IMG/VR virus record: IMGVR_UViG_3300045988_110337
Origin: a virus
Direction: 5' to 3' (one strand)
Length of the DNA stretch: 50,501 nucleotides
Shown here: positions 27,554 to 35,037 of the stretch, piece by piece
How the letters are laid out: every line of letters begins with the position of its first letter
Numbering within the stretch: the first letter of the stretch is position 1
Position numbers and translations under genes: made by a program
The notes under the pieces: generated by a model
Told to the model about the DNA's origin: nothing
Seen by the model: the letters and a program-made list of their open reading frames with translations, nothing else
Database searches by the model: none

Positions 27554-27964
27554 ATGGCTTGTACTAATGTATGCAGACTTTGCCCGCGCTTTATCCTGTC
27601 GCAGACGGTATCCTTTACCGGCGGCAACCTGATAATCAATCTCCCGGCGGGCGCGTATAACGCGGGAGAAAAATATTGCATAGTAGTCGCTCAGGCAATC
27701 CCGACAGCTACGACAATCACCGCTCCCGTGTACGTCACAATCGGAGATGGCACTACGCTATACCCGCTGACTAACCGTTGTTGCGCTCAGTTGACCGCTT
27801 GCTCGATAAGGACCCGGACAAGATACAGCGCAGTTGTAATCACCACACCGACAGGTGGAAGCTTTAGATTGCTTGGCAAACCGGCTTGCGCGCCTAACAA
27901 CGACCTGCGCTCAATCAACGGCACAGCGCCGACTACCACCACGCCGGGAGGTGAAACCGTATGA
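27554..27964 (+). CDS. Cys/Thr-rich hypothetical protein
   Basis: MACTNVCRLCPRF...; GGAGG RBS. Confidence 0.5.
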   Translation: MACTNVCRLCPRFILSQTVSFTGGNLIINLPAGAYNAGEKYCIVVAQAIPTATTITAPVYVTIGDGTTLYPLTNRCCAQLTACSIRTRTRYSAVVITTPTGGSFRLLGKPACAPNNDLRSINGTAPTTTTPGGETV

Positions 27965-28563
27965 AAAAGCTGAATCCAAACTGGCTGCTCATGATGTCGA
28001 GTAGCAAGGACAAGCGCGGCGAATACGGCGGCTACGACAGACACGAGCGAGACTATGACCGCAGACCGCGCGATTATGACAGATACGATAGGCGCGAGGA
28101 CAGATACCCTGATTATGACCGCCGCCGTCAGCCTGACTATGACGAGTACGACGGCTACGGCAAGCGCGACTACTACGGCGAGCACGACATGAGAGACCGC
28201 CGCGATTATGACGGACGTGAGCGTGAGAGCTACGGCAAACGTGGGAAAAAGCACGACAAGTTTACCCGTGAGGACGCGGACGAGTGGACGGAGAAAATGA
28301 AAAACGCCGACGGCTCGACCGGGAGACACTGGAATTTTGAGCAGACGGAGCAAGTGAGACGGCAGCACGGCTATGACTGCGACCCTGCTGAATTTTACGC
28401 TGCGATTAACATGATGTACTCCGATTACTACAAAATAGGCAAGGAGTTTAATCTCAACTCTGTTGACTTCTATGCGGCAATGGCTCACGCTTTCCTTGAC
28501 GATGAGGATGCGGAAGAAGATAAACTTGCAAAATACTATGAATGCATAGTTGAGAAACATTGA
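27961..28563 (+). CDS. Protein with an R/D/Y low-complexity N-terminal half and a globular C-terminal domain
   Basis: YDRHERDYDRRPRDYDRYDRREDRYPDYDRRRQPDYDEYDGYGKRDYY... Confidence 0.55.
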   Translation: MKKLNPNWLLMMSSSKDKRGEYGGYDRHERDYDRRPRDYDRYDRREDRYPDYDRRRQPDYDEYDGYGKRDYYGEHDMRDRRDYDGRERESYGKRGKKHDKFTREDADEWTEKMKNADGSTGRHWNFEQTEQVRRQHGYDCDPAEFYAAINMMYSDYYKIGKEFNLNSVDFYAAMAHAFLDDEDAEEDKLAKYYECIVEKH

Positions 28564-28593
28564 CAAATGTTGTGTAAACATGAGTAAATTTTA

Positions 28594-28628
28594 AAAGAGG
28601 ATAGTTGTAAAACTACCCTCTTTTATTG
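28594..28628 (+). terminator. Rho-independent terminator ending the rightward late/cargo unit
   Basis: AAGAGGATAG...CTACCCTCTT followed by TTATTG. Confidence 0.6.
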
Positions 28629-28724
28629 TTTATTCTTCTGCAAGTTGACTTAATCGTTAAGGACATGAGCAATAAACACGCTTGTCTTTATAAGTGGTGC
28701 TATAATAGAACTTAAGAATAGCAA

Positions 28725-28760
28725 GAAAAAAACTGTAAAGAATGGGCGATTCTTTACAGT
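28725..28760 (-). terminator. Terminator (12-bp perfect stem) with the U tract on the minus strand
   Basis: ACTGTAAAGAAT-GGGCG-ATTCTTTACAGT; A7 on the + strand (28725-28731) gives T7 on the minus strand. Confidence 0.6.
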
Positions 28761-28806
28761 TGGTTGCGGAACGTGATTGAGATACATTAATTTCGTTTCC
28801 TTCAAC

Positions 28807-28835
28807 AATATACACTATTTAGCGTGGTTTGTCAA
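28807..28835 (-). promoter_or_regulatory. Leftward promoter TTGACA-17-TATATT, which could drive an sRNA of about 70 nt ending at 28725-28760
   Basis: Minus strand TTGACA (28835-28830), 17-nt spacer, TATATT (28812-28807). Confidence 0.4.
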
Positions 28836-29001
28836 CAGGTTTGTCAATCTTTCTTTAAATTTACAAATACTATTCATCAAATCATTTTCGACATTTGCCT
28901 AAAATGCACTTCCCTGTCAATGTGTTTGTAAATTGGTTTATCAATGCGTTGAAAATGTTGATTTAGACGTTTGTCAATATTTAGATAACGTCTTGACAAG
29001 G
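28826..29001. repeat. Cluster of T(T/G)TGTCAA / TTATCAA boxes (five direct, one inverted)
   Basis: GGTTTGTCAA at 28826 and 28838, CTGTCAA 28913, TTTATCAA 28937, TTTGTCAA 28970, inverted TTGACAAG 28993. Confidence 0.5.
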
Positions 29002-29021
29002 CATGACAGATAGTTTAAAAT
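28993..29021 (+). promoter_or_regulatory. Rightward promoter TTGACA-17-TAAAAT facing the origin and rep
   Basis: TTGACA 28993-28998; TAAAAT 29016-29021. Confidence 0.5.
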
Positions 29022-29039
29022 TACATTATGGAAAATATT

Positions 29040-29190
29040 TTCTCTTTTTTTCTGTTTACTGACCGCGTATTCGCTTTTGAGTTTTCAACAGACAAAATTT
29101 ATGCGCTTTAGTTCGTGAAACAACATACTTATTACTTTTTATAAGAGATACTTATTATTTTACTATTTTTATATAATTAAAGTAGGGAAA
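29040..29190. other. AT-rich region (candidate DNA unwinding element) next to the iterons
   Basis: Visibly AT-rich, e.g. TTATTACTTTTTATAAGAGATACTTATTATTTTACTATTTTTATATAATTAAAG. Confidence 0.45.
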
Positions 29191-29194
29191 TGTT

Positions 29195-29302
29195 AAACAG
29201 GACATTTGGTAACGATAAACAGGACATTTGGTAACGGATAGCAGGACATTTGGTAACTGTAAAACAGGACACTTAGTAACGACAAACAGGACATTTGGTA
29301 AC
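29195..29302. repeat. Five 22-bp iterons (core CAGGACATTTGGTAAC)
   Basis: Cores at 29198, 29220, 29242, 29265 (2 mismatches) and 29287; spacing 22/22/23/22. Confidence 0.85.
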
Positions 29303-29343
29303 TGTAAAACCGAGAAAACACATGGGAAAATTGTTCTTTTGCA

Positions 29344-29389
29344 GTTTTCAACAATGTTTTCAACATAGTTTTGCACAGAGTTTTCAACA
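29344..29389. promoter_or_regulatory. Four GTTTTCAACA boxes at exact 12-bp phasing just upstream of rep (operator candidate)
   Basis: 29344, 29356, 29368 (variant GTTTTGCACA), 29380; one further copy at 29081. Confidence 0.5.
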
Positions 29390-29403
29390 TGAAGGGAGTA
29401 ACC

Positions 29404-30096
29404 ATGAAAAATAGCGATAAAAATATTAATAATTTAGTTGTCAAAAAGAACGAACTAATTCAAAAGTCAAGATACGGAATGACAACACAGGAGCAAAAAG
29501 TCATATTGTATACGATAAGCAAGGTAAAACCCGATGATAAAGAACTTTATGAGTATGATTTCAATCTGCAAGATATGTGTGAAGCACTTGGAATTACTCA
29601 AAACGGCAAGAATTACAAGAATCTCCGTGAAACGCTTCAATCCATACGCGACAAGTCATTCTGGATAGTGGACGGAAATGTAAGAAAACTATGCGCATGG
29701 ATTTCGGGTGCGGAAATATACGAAAATGAATCGCGGGTTAGGATTCAGCTTGACAAGCGGCTGGCACCTTATTTGCTTGAACTCAAAGAATCGTATACGG
29801 CATATCAGCTTCAAACCGTGTTAAACATGGAATCGAAACACACTATACGTTTGTACGAGATACTTAAAAGCTATGACAATATAGGCGAGTACACCGTTTC
29901 TGTTGAAAATTTGAAAACGCTTATGCAAATAGGCGGTTACTCGGATTTTATTGATTTTCGCAAGCGCGTAATCGACACTGCCGTTGACGAAATTAACGCC
30001 GTTAGTGATTTGCGTGTAGCCTATGAGCCGAAACGGACGGGAAGGAGTATAACTCACATTAAATTCTCAATCACAAAAGCAAGGAGTAATCCATGA
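29404..30096 (+). CDS. Rep_3-family (RepB-like) theta-replication initiator
   Basis: LVVKKNELIQKSRYGMTTQEQKVILYTISKV... and ...SKHTIRLYEILKSY... are typical of iteron-plasmid initiators; iterons lie immediately upstream. Confidence 0.8.
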   Translation: MKNSDKNINNLVVKKNELIQKSRYGMTTQEQKVILYTISKVKPDDKELYEYDFNLQDMCEALGITQNGKNYKNLRETLQSIRDKSFWIVDGNVRKLCAWISGAEIYENESRVRIQLDKRLAPYLLELKESYTAYQLQTVLNMESKHTIRLYEILKSYDNIGEYTVSVENLKTLMQIGGYSDFIDFRKRVIDTAVDEINAVSDLRVAYEPKRTGRSITHIKFSITKARSNP

Positions 30097-30710
30097 AATA
30101 CCTAACAATAGCCGAATTCGCCGACAGAGCCGGAGTGACAAGTCAATCGGTATATCAAAGAATTAAGCGGAACGGTCTTGAAGAATATATAGTGACAAGC
30201 GAAGACGGAGTAAAAAGAATCTCCGAGGATGCATTGAAACTATATAGCAACTCAAAAAAACACGAAGCAGTTGCGGAAAACGTGTGTGACGCACCACAGG
30301 ATTGTGAGAGCGAAGAAAACAAAGGACACGAGTGTTTGAACGCAGAAACAATAAAGAGCCTACAGGAGACTGTAGAAGCTCTCAGAAACGTAATTGACAG
30401 ACAGGCAGACGAACTGAAGCAGAAGACGGAAATGCTTGACGAACGTGATAAGCAGATTTCAGACTACGCCAGCAAGTTTGCCGAACTCGCTCACAACGCG
30501 TTACAAACCGCTGTGCAGGCGCAAACGCTCCATGCGGTCAGTGAATCCGACAAGTTTGTTAATGCGCCTCAGAACGTCTCCCAGAACGCCACAGTTGGTA
30601 AAAAAACTGTTGCAGACGAGAATGACGTTGAATCAACAAACGAATCCGATGTTGAACAAGATAACAAGCGTAAGTTGAATTGGTTTGCAAAGCTGTTTGG
30701 TAAACATTAA
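30093..30710 (+). CDS. MerR/excisionase-type HTH protein with a long coiled-coil tail
   Basis: MKYLTIAEFADRAGVTSQSVYQRIKRNGL...; translationally coupled to rep. Confidence 0.5.
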   Translation: MKYLTIAEFADRAGVTSQSVYQRIKRNGLEEYIVTSEDGVKRISEDALKLYSNSKKHEAVAENVCDAPQDCESEENKGHECLNAETIKSLQETVEALRNVIDRQADELKQKTEMLDERDKQISDYASKFAELAHNALQTAVQAQTLHAVSESDKFVNAPQNVSQNATVGKKTVADENDVESTNESDVEQDNKRKLNWFAKLFGKH

Positions 30711-30749
30711 ACGTGACAAATAATATGTTACTAAACGTTGACAGATATG

Positions 30750-30778
30750 TTGACAAACGCGTTTAAACGTGCTATAAT
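30750..30778 (+). promoter_or_regulatory. Consensus promoter TTGACA-17-TGcTATAAT with no ORF downstream
   Basis: TTGACA 30750-30755, 17-nt spacer, TATAAT 30773-30778 preceded by TGC. Confidence 0.7.
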
Positions 30779-30784
30779 ATTGTT

Positions 30785-31175
30785 GTGGAACAATGAACTC
30801 TGGTTGTTCTTCGTATTGAAACTCCTTTCTTTTAAAATATCCGAGCAACGTGGATGATTCCGCTGTGCAACCGCTCGGACATCGCGCCTATACGTTCAAC
30901 GGCAGAAGATACCATAACGTGTACAACGGCGGTTCAACTCCGCAAGGCGCGAATTGACATGACTACGTTCCTTTCGGTCTTGTTTTTCGTTTTTGGCGAC
31001 GGTTCGTAAGGACTGTCGCGCACGGGAACGGCGAATCGGTTGTATGGCGGTCAAAAGGCTGCCTTTGAGGGTTCAAAACCCTCCGTTTCCTTTCGCGACT
31101 TCTGTCATGTTCCTCCTTTGTTTATGAATTTGCTGTGTAAAAGAGCACTCTTCTGGATGGGGTGCTCTTTTACGT
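30785..31175 (+). ncRNA. Candidate structured ncRNA of about 390 nt, class unknown
   Basis: Bounded by the consensus promoter and the 31139-31171 terminator. No track ORF (60 aa or longer) lies within 30849-31546 on either strand. Contains T-arm-like hairpins and long-range pairings. Confidence 0.45.
31139..31171. terminator. Bidirectional terminator hairpin
   Basis: AAAAGAGCAC-13 nt-GTGCTCTTTT. Confidence 0.65.
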
Positions 31176-31354
31176 TGTTAAATGTTTGTCAACATTGAAT
31201 GTGCGCCGATAAGTGCATAAATTTGTCGAATGTAAAACTAATATATTTTTGTATCTGATTTTAATACGGAATATTAAACTCGGCTATTGCCTTCTCTCGA
31301 AAAGCATGTTACACTTGAATTAGAAAATATTTCCAACAAAGAAGGGACAGACAG

Positions 31355-31471
31355 ATGAAGAATTGCAGATTTGAGTTAGCGAATATCGTAAGCAAACTAA
31401 ACGACAAAGGCATAATCCTTCTTTTGCGCTTCGCGAAACTTCTCGAGAAAAATAAAAATTTTCTCAAATAA
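31355..31471 (+). CDS. Possible 38-aa ORF
   Basis: ATG after GAAGGGA; MKNCRFELANIVSKLNDKGIILLLRFAKLLEKNKNFLK. Confidence 0.25.
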   Translation: MKNCRFELANIVSKLNDKGIILLLRFAKLLEKNKNFLK

Positions 31472-31494
31472 ACACATTTTCTTTACAAAAGCTA

Positions 31495-31523
31495 TTTACA
31501 AACAAGCGTTCGTGTGATATAAT
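31495..31523 (+). promoter_or_regulatory. Promoter TTTACA-17-TGaTATAAT
   Basis: TTTACA 31495-31500; TATAAT 31518-31523. Confidence 0.55.
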
Positions 31524-31553
31524 CGACAGCAGAATAAAGAAGGGAAGTGCAAA

Positions 31554-31718
31554 ATGAAGGAGCAAATTATAACCGAGATAGCCGAGATACTACAAAGCTA
31601 CTCCGAGGAACGGCTAAGGCTGATTGTACGACTTGTAACAGTTCTCGCCACAGCGACCGACAAAACAGCGGGACTTTCGGAGAAAGCCGTACTAAGCATT
31701 GCAAGACACGCAAAATAG
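31554..31718 (+). CDS. Possible 54-aa ORF
   Basis: ATG after GAAGGGAAG; MKEQIITEIAEILQSYSEERLRLIVRLVTVLATATDK...; followed by a terminator. Confidence 0.4.
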   Translation: MKEQIITEIAEILQSYSEERLRLIVRLVTVLATATDKTAGLSEKAVLSIARHAK

Positions 31719-31720
31719 AA

Positions 31721-31747
31721 AAGAGCAGGGAAGTGATTCCTTGCTCT
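31721..31747. terminator. Bidirectional terminator; the 27-nt sequence is identical to 45230-45256
   Basis: AAGAGCAGGGAAGTGATTCCTTGCTCT present at both sites. Confidence 0.75.
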
Positions 31748-31753
31748 CTTTTT

Positions 31754-31948
31754 TCATTCGGCTTTTCTTCCACAAATTTTAGCCCAGTGTTTTACGAACC
31801 ATGCTTTAAATTCGGGACAATCAACATTTGAACAACGGCGTGCTCTGAAAAGCTGATTGCCTTGATATTTGCATTTTCCGCGTCCGCATGGATAGTCGGG
31901 GAATAGTTTTTGCATCTGTTCTATCGTTGGCAGTTCTTTCATATGCAC
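31754..31948 (-). CDS. Small Cys-rich protein
   Basis: Last ORF of the leftward early operon. Confidence 0.5.
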   Translation of the reverse strand: MHMKELPTIEQMQKLFPDYPCGRGKCKYQGNQLFRARRCSNVDCPEFKAWFVKHWAKICGRKAE

Positions 31949-31954
31949 CTCGCC

Positions 31955-32413
31955 TTAAAAAGGCAGTTCTTCCGAATCGGGGTTTATGTCCTCGAATACA
32001 GGTGTGGAGGGAGCTGTTTTCGGTTGAGTGTATGCGTCGGGGATGTAGCTTGACTGCGGAGCGGCTTGCGGCATTTCCGACTTTGCATCAACAAAATGTG
32101 CTTCGTCAGCGACAATATCTGTAGCAAAACGCTTCTGTCCCTGCTGGTCAGTCCATGTTCTTGTCTGAAGGGTTCCGACTACGCAGATAGAACTTGCTTT
32201 TCTGAAATAGCGCGTGATGAATTCAGCCGTCTGCCGCCACGCTGTTATATTGAAGAAGTCTGCTTTAGTTTCCTCTCCGTCTTTGCCGGAGTAACGTCTG
32301 TTGACCGCAACGGTAAATGATGTTACGGAAATTCCGGACGGCGTGGTTTTCAGCTCGGGGTCTGCCGTCAAACGACCTCCGAGGATAACGCGGTTAAAGT
32401 TAAAGTTTGCGAT
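31955..32413 (-). CDS. ssb: Single-stranded DNA-binding protein; the conserved N-terminus requires a non-canonical ATC start at 32413
   Basis: OB-fold core and acidic tip ...DSEELPF. In-frame upstream codons read IANFNFNRVILGGRLTADPELK, bounded by TGA; AAAGGAAG lies upstream. Confidence 0.8.
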   Translation of the reverse strand: MANFNFNRVILGGRLTADPELKTTPSGISVTSFTVAVNRRYSGKDGEETKADFFNITAWRQTAEFITRYFRKASSICVVGTLQTRTWTDQQGQKRFATDIVADEAHFVDAKSEMPQAAPQSSYIPDAYTQPKTAPSTPVFEDINPDSEELPF

Positions 32414-32429
32414 AAGTCAACACTTCCTT

Positions 32430-32612
32430 TCAGTTTTTAAGCAATAGTGTAGCGGCTATGACCTCTGCCGCTATTTGTCCGTACATCATCGCCTTTATTT
32501 TCGGCTTGACAGGTTTTGCGTTCGGTGCTTCATATAGTGCAAACGCTCCGATGAAATAACCGACGGCATACCCATACAGCAGTATTGCGACGATTATTTT
32601 AATTATCTGCAT
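32430..32612 (-). CDS. Small two-TM membrane protein
   Basis: Hydrophobic 60-aa ORF with GGGAG RBS. Confidence 0.5.
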   Translation of the reverse strand: MQIIKIIVAILLYGYAVGYFIGAFALYEAPNAKPVKPKIKAMMYGQIAAEVIAATLLLKN

Positions 32613-32937
32613 TGGTTTTCTCCCAGTTTGACGATTTCGGGTATTCGATATCCGTTGCGCAGGTCATATAGCCTATAGCGTCTATAAAGCTGTCGTAGCT
32701 CCAGAAAAAGCTTGTCTCCATGCGACCGAGCTTGAACAGCGCCATCAGTATAGCTACGTCTCGCGCTCCTAAATCACAGTCCGCGTCGGGTGCAATGCAA
32801 TTGTGCTTGAGATACGTTGTCCAGTAATCCGCTATCTTCTCAAAGCTGTTTTCCGGCTCGCCGTACTGCTCGTTGCGGTCGTTGCAGATTATTTTCTTTA
32901 CTTCGCTAAGGATTGCTTCGCGGTTTTCTTTGCTCAT
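32599..32937 (-). CDS. Conserved phage hypothetical protein
   Basis: ORF with AGAGGT RBS. Confidence 0.5.
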   Translation of the reverse strand: MSKENREAILSEVKKIICNDRNEQYGEPENSFEKIADYWTTYLKHNCIAPDADCDLGARDVAILMALFKLGRMETSFFWSYDSFIDAIGYMTCATDIEYPKSSNWEKTNADN

Positions 32938-33335
32938 GCGCTTACCTCTCTTAATATTACTTTTATGTAGTCCTCGTTGTGGAAGAACATTGACACGCCT
33001 TTGACGTATCTTCGGTTATCGTCGTGTATCAGTAGTCCTTTGAGTGAATCTTCCACCATTTTCAAAATGGCTGCGTGATTGCTTGCGTCCATGTTGTCAT
33101 TGAAATATGCTTCTATCACAACTGGATTATCAAGGATGACAGGCTTTTTAATGCACTCTCTGACTGCGGCGCGGGTTATTGTGTGCCAATACTCTGCGTC
33201 CTTTTTGCGTACCGCCCAATGCTTTCCCGCGTAGTATGCGTTCAGTCCGTAGCGTCTGCTCCATGCGGTCTTTCCAGCTTTGGTCGGCGGGTAGTCGATT
33301 TTAAACATTACCGTTTTCGTCGTTATCACCTCCAC
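32934..33335 (-). CDS. RusA-like Holliday junction resolvase
   Basis: DASNHAAILKMVEDSLKGLLIHDDNRRYV fits the D.xN..K...D.....DD pattern; start uncertain (GTG 33335). Confidence 0.5.
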   Translation of the reverse strand: MEVITTKTVMFKIDYPPTKAGKTAWSRRYGLNAYYAGKHWAVRKKDAEYWHTITRAAVRECIKKPVILDNPVVIEAYFNDNMDASNHAAILKMVEDSLKGLLIHDDNRRYVKGVSMFFHNEDYIKVILREVSA

Positions 33336-33573
33336 TCACACACTCGTCACCTCCGCAGAAGTGAAGATAATCGGTATCGTACATTCTCCCGCAGTCAGGG
33401 CAATTCACGACCTGCGGCAAGCGTGAGAGAATATACCGCGCATTGTTTATAGCTTCAAGCTCCTCCCACATTTCCTTGTCGGTTTTTCCCTTGCTGAGGA
33501 AAAGCTGCTGATTCCGCTCGACATAGCGTTGCATGGCTCTGTCTAAGATTTTTATAATTCCATCCCTTGTCAT
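33301..33573 (-). CDS. Hypothetical protein with zinc-ribbon-like CPDCG...HFCGG
   Basis: ORF in the operon. Confidence 0.45.
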   Translation of the reverse strand: MTRDGIIKILDRAMQRYVERNQQLFLSKGKTDKEMWEELEAINNARYILSRLPQVVNCPDCGRMYDTDYLHFCGGDECVSGGDNDENGNV

Positions 33574-34025
33574 TATCTCCCCCTCCAGTACGCTTCTATT
33601 GATGCTCTAAAGCCGTTGTTCGGCTGCTCTTTGCTGTCGGCGTGATTAAGATTGTCAAGGCATTTTTTAAAACACTCTTCACAAATCGTTCTTCCGTCAA
33701 CAGGCGGTCTTTTCCCACACAGCTTGCACAGTTTTACGCCATCCATCAGTTCACGCGGAGTAAATCTTTCCGTTTTGCGGCTGTATTCGCGGTTCTTCTT
33801 CGTTCGTTCTATCCGACACTCCGTGCAGGATTTATAACCTTTGTCCGCGGGCTTCTTTCCGCAGTAGATACACACTCCGTCCTCTCTTCGACGCGCAAGC
33901 ATTTTCTTCTTCAGCTCACACTGCCGTTTCTTCTGCTCCGGCGTAAACTCCCTCGGCGAGGTAAAGGTATCGTTGATGCAGTCGGGATAAGGGCAATTAA
34001 AGCAGTCGCTTATTTTGCAGTGCAT
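33573..34025 (-). CDS. Cys-rich (multiple CxxC) protein
   Basis: CIYCG..CTEC, CKLCG..CEEC pairs. Confidence 0.5.
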   Translation of the reverse strand: MHCKISDCFNCPYPDCINDTFTSPREFTPEQKKRQCELKKKMLARRREDGVCIYCGKKPADKGYKSCTECRIERTKKNREYSRKTERFTPRELMDGVKLCKLCGKRPPVDGRTICEECFKKCLDNLNHADSKEQPNNGFRASIEAYWRGR

Positions 34026-34294
34026 TCGTTTTGTGCTATCCTTTCTTTGCAGTCAATCAACAAAAAGGGAAGTGCTTCGGAGAACACATTCAGCAAGTTA
34101 AATCCTTCTTCTTTGCGTGCAAGCATCGCGTGAATGTACAAGTGCTTTCTTGCAAGTTCGAAAAATCCGCTGAGGTTGCAGTCTTCTCTTGCGCAGTTCA
34201 TGCATGGGGATTCTCCCGCAAGTTTTTCAACTTCTGGCGACGTAATGAACGCTAATCCACACTTTTTGAGAAGTTCATCTGATGTTGTTCTCAT
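34010..34294 (-). CDS. Hypothetical protein
   Basis: ORF in the operon. Confidence 0.4.
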   Translation of the reverse strand: MRTTSDELLKKCGLAFITSPEVEKLAGESPCMNCAREDCNLSGFFELARKHLYIHAMLARKEEGFNLLNVFSEALPFLLIDCKERIAQNECTAK

Positions 34295-34736
34295 TTTGTT
34301 TCACCTCGTCTTCTTCCTCCGTATTTCCACAACAGCAGCACTGTGCAAACGGTGGGAACACAAATGACTTGCTTTGGTCGTATACGAAATTTATCTCTTC
34401 GTAAACCTCGGGCAACGGCATCCACGCAATGACTTCGTCGTCAATCCCGCTGATTACCTCACTATACACGCCGACTTCCCACCATCCTTTCGGCACGATA
34501 TATCCGCCTTTTTCGCCATCCTCTGCTACATCTTCGTTGTCATACCAATCCGTGCCATTATCATCCCAGCAGTATTTACTGTCATATTCGTTGATTTTGC
34601 CGTCCTCATATATACCAATCGTGATATGCTCATACTTTTTTCCGCGCACGGTGCTCACTGTACACAAGAGCACTCTTTCTTCGGGGTCGGGCATCATTTC
34701 TTTGATGCTCATCCAACCATTAATACCGCTTTCCAT
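34275..34736 (-). CDS. DUF551-like protein
   Basis: WMSIKEMMPDPEERVLL resembles the DUF551 W..(E)..P signature by recall. Confidence 0.4.
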   Translation of the reverse strand: MESGINGWMSIKEMMPDPEERVLLCTVSTVRGKKYEHITIGIYEDGKINEYDSKYCWDDNGTDWYDNEDVAEDGEKGGYIVPKGWWEVGVYSEVISGIDDEVIAWMPLPEVYEEINFVYDQSKSFVFPPFAQCCCCGNTEEEDEVKQNENNIR

Positions 34737-35037
34737 AGTTTTCCTCCCAATGTTTCTTGATTCTCGCGAAAACGTCCTCTGCCGTCAGCCATCCTTTAAC
34801 GATGCCGTCTTTGCGTTCTTCCATTGTCAGCAGACCCATTATTTCAAGCCTGTCGCACACTCCGCCGTAGGTTAATGCGCCCTCTATAACACTGCACACT
34901 CTTCCTGCGGCGGCGGGGTAACATATCTTATAGCCGTCACAATCGTCGTTTATTACCTTTCGCGGGTAGAAGTCGAACACTATTCCCGCTTCTTCGAGCA
35001 TTGTTTTCAGCTTAAGGATTTCGTTATACTGTTCCAT
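34720..35037 (-). CDS. Hypothetical protein
   Basis: ATG 35037 after GGAGG. Confidence 0.45.
   Translation of the reverse strand: MEQYNEILKLKTMLEEAGIVFDFYPRKVINDDCDGYKICYPAAAGRVCSVIEGALTYGGVCDRLEIMGLLTMEERKDGIVKGWLTAEDVFARIKKHWEENYGKRY

Noticed and set aside
27787-28581. 264-aa minus-strand ORF
   Set aside because: It is antisense to the R/D/Y-repeat gene. It is a low-complexity artefact (V/A/I runs) with no RBS.
29155-29444. Two overlapping minus-strand ORFs (73 and 83 aa)
   Set aside because: They are translations of the 22-bp iterons, as shown by the repeated VLQLPNVL / YSYQMSC peptides. They are not genes.
30883-30952. Possible tRNA gene (7-bp acceptor-like helix plus GGCGG-TTCAACT-CCGCA T-arm); a second candidate lies at 31024-31091
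   Set aside because: I tried every variable-loop length and found no 5-bp anticodon stem or D-arm. The units are 3-6 nt too short. I treat them as tRNA-like modules of a larger RNA, not as tRNAs.
31076-31108. 11-codon minus-strand ORF (MTEVAKGNGGF) after AAAGGAGG
   Set aside because: The spacing between GGAGG and ATG is only 3 nt, and there is no downstream gene to regulate. The motif more likely reflects the CCUCCU tract of the + strand RNA.
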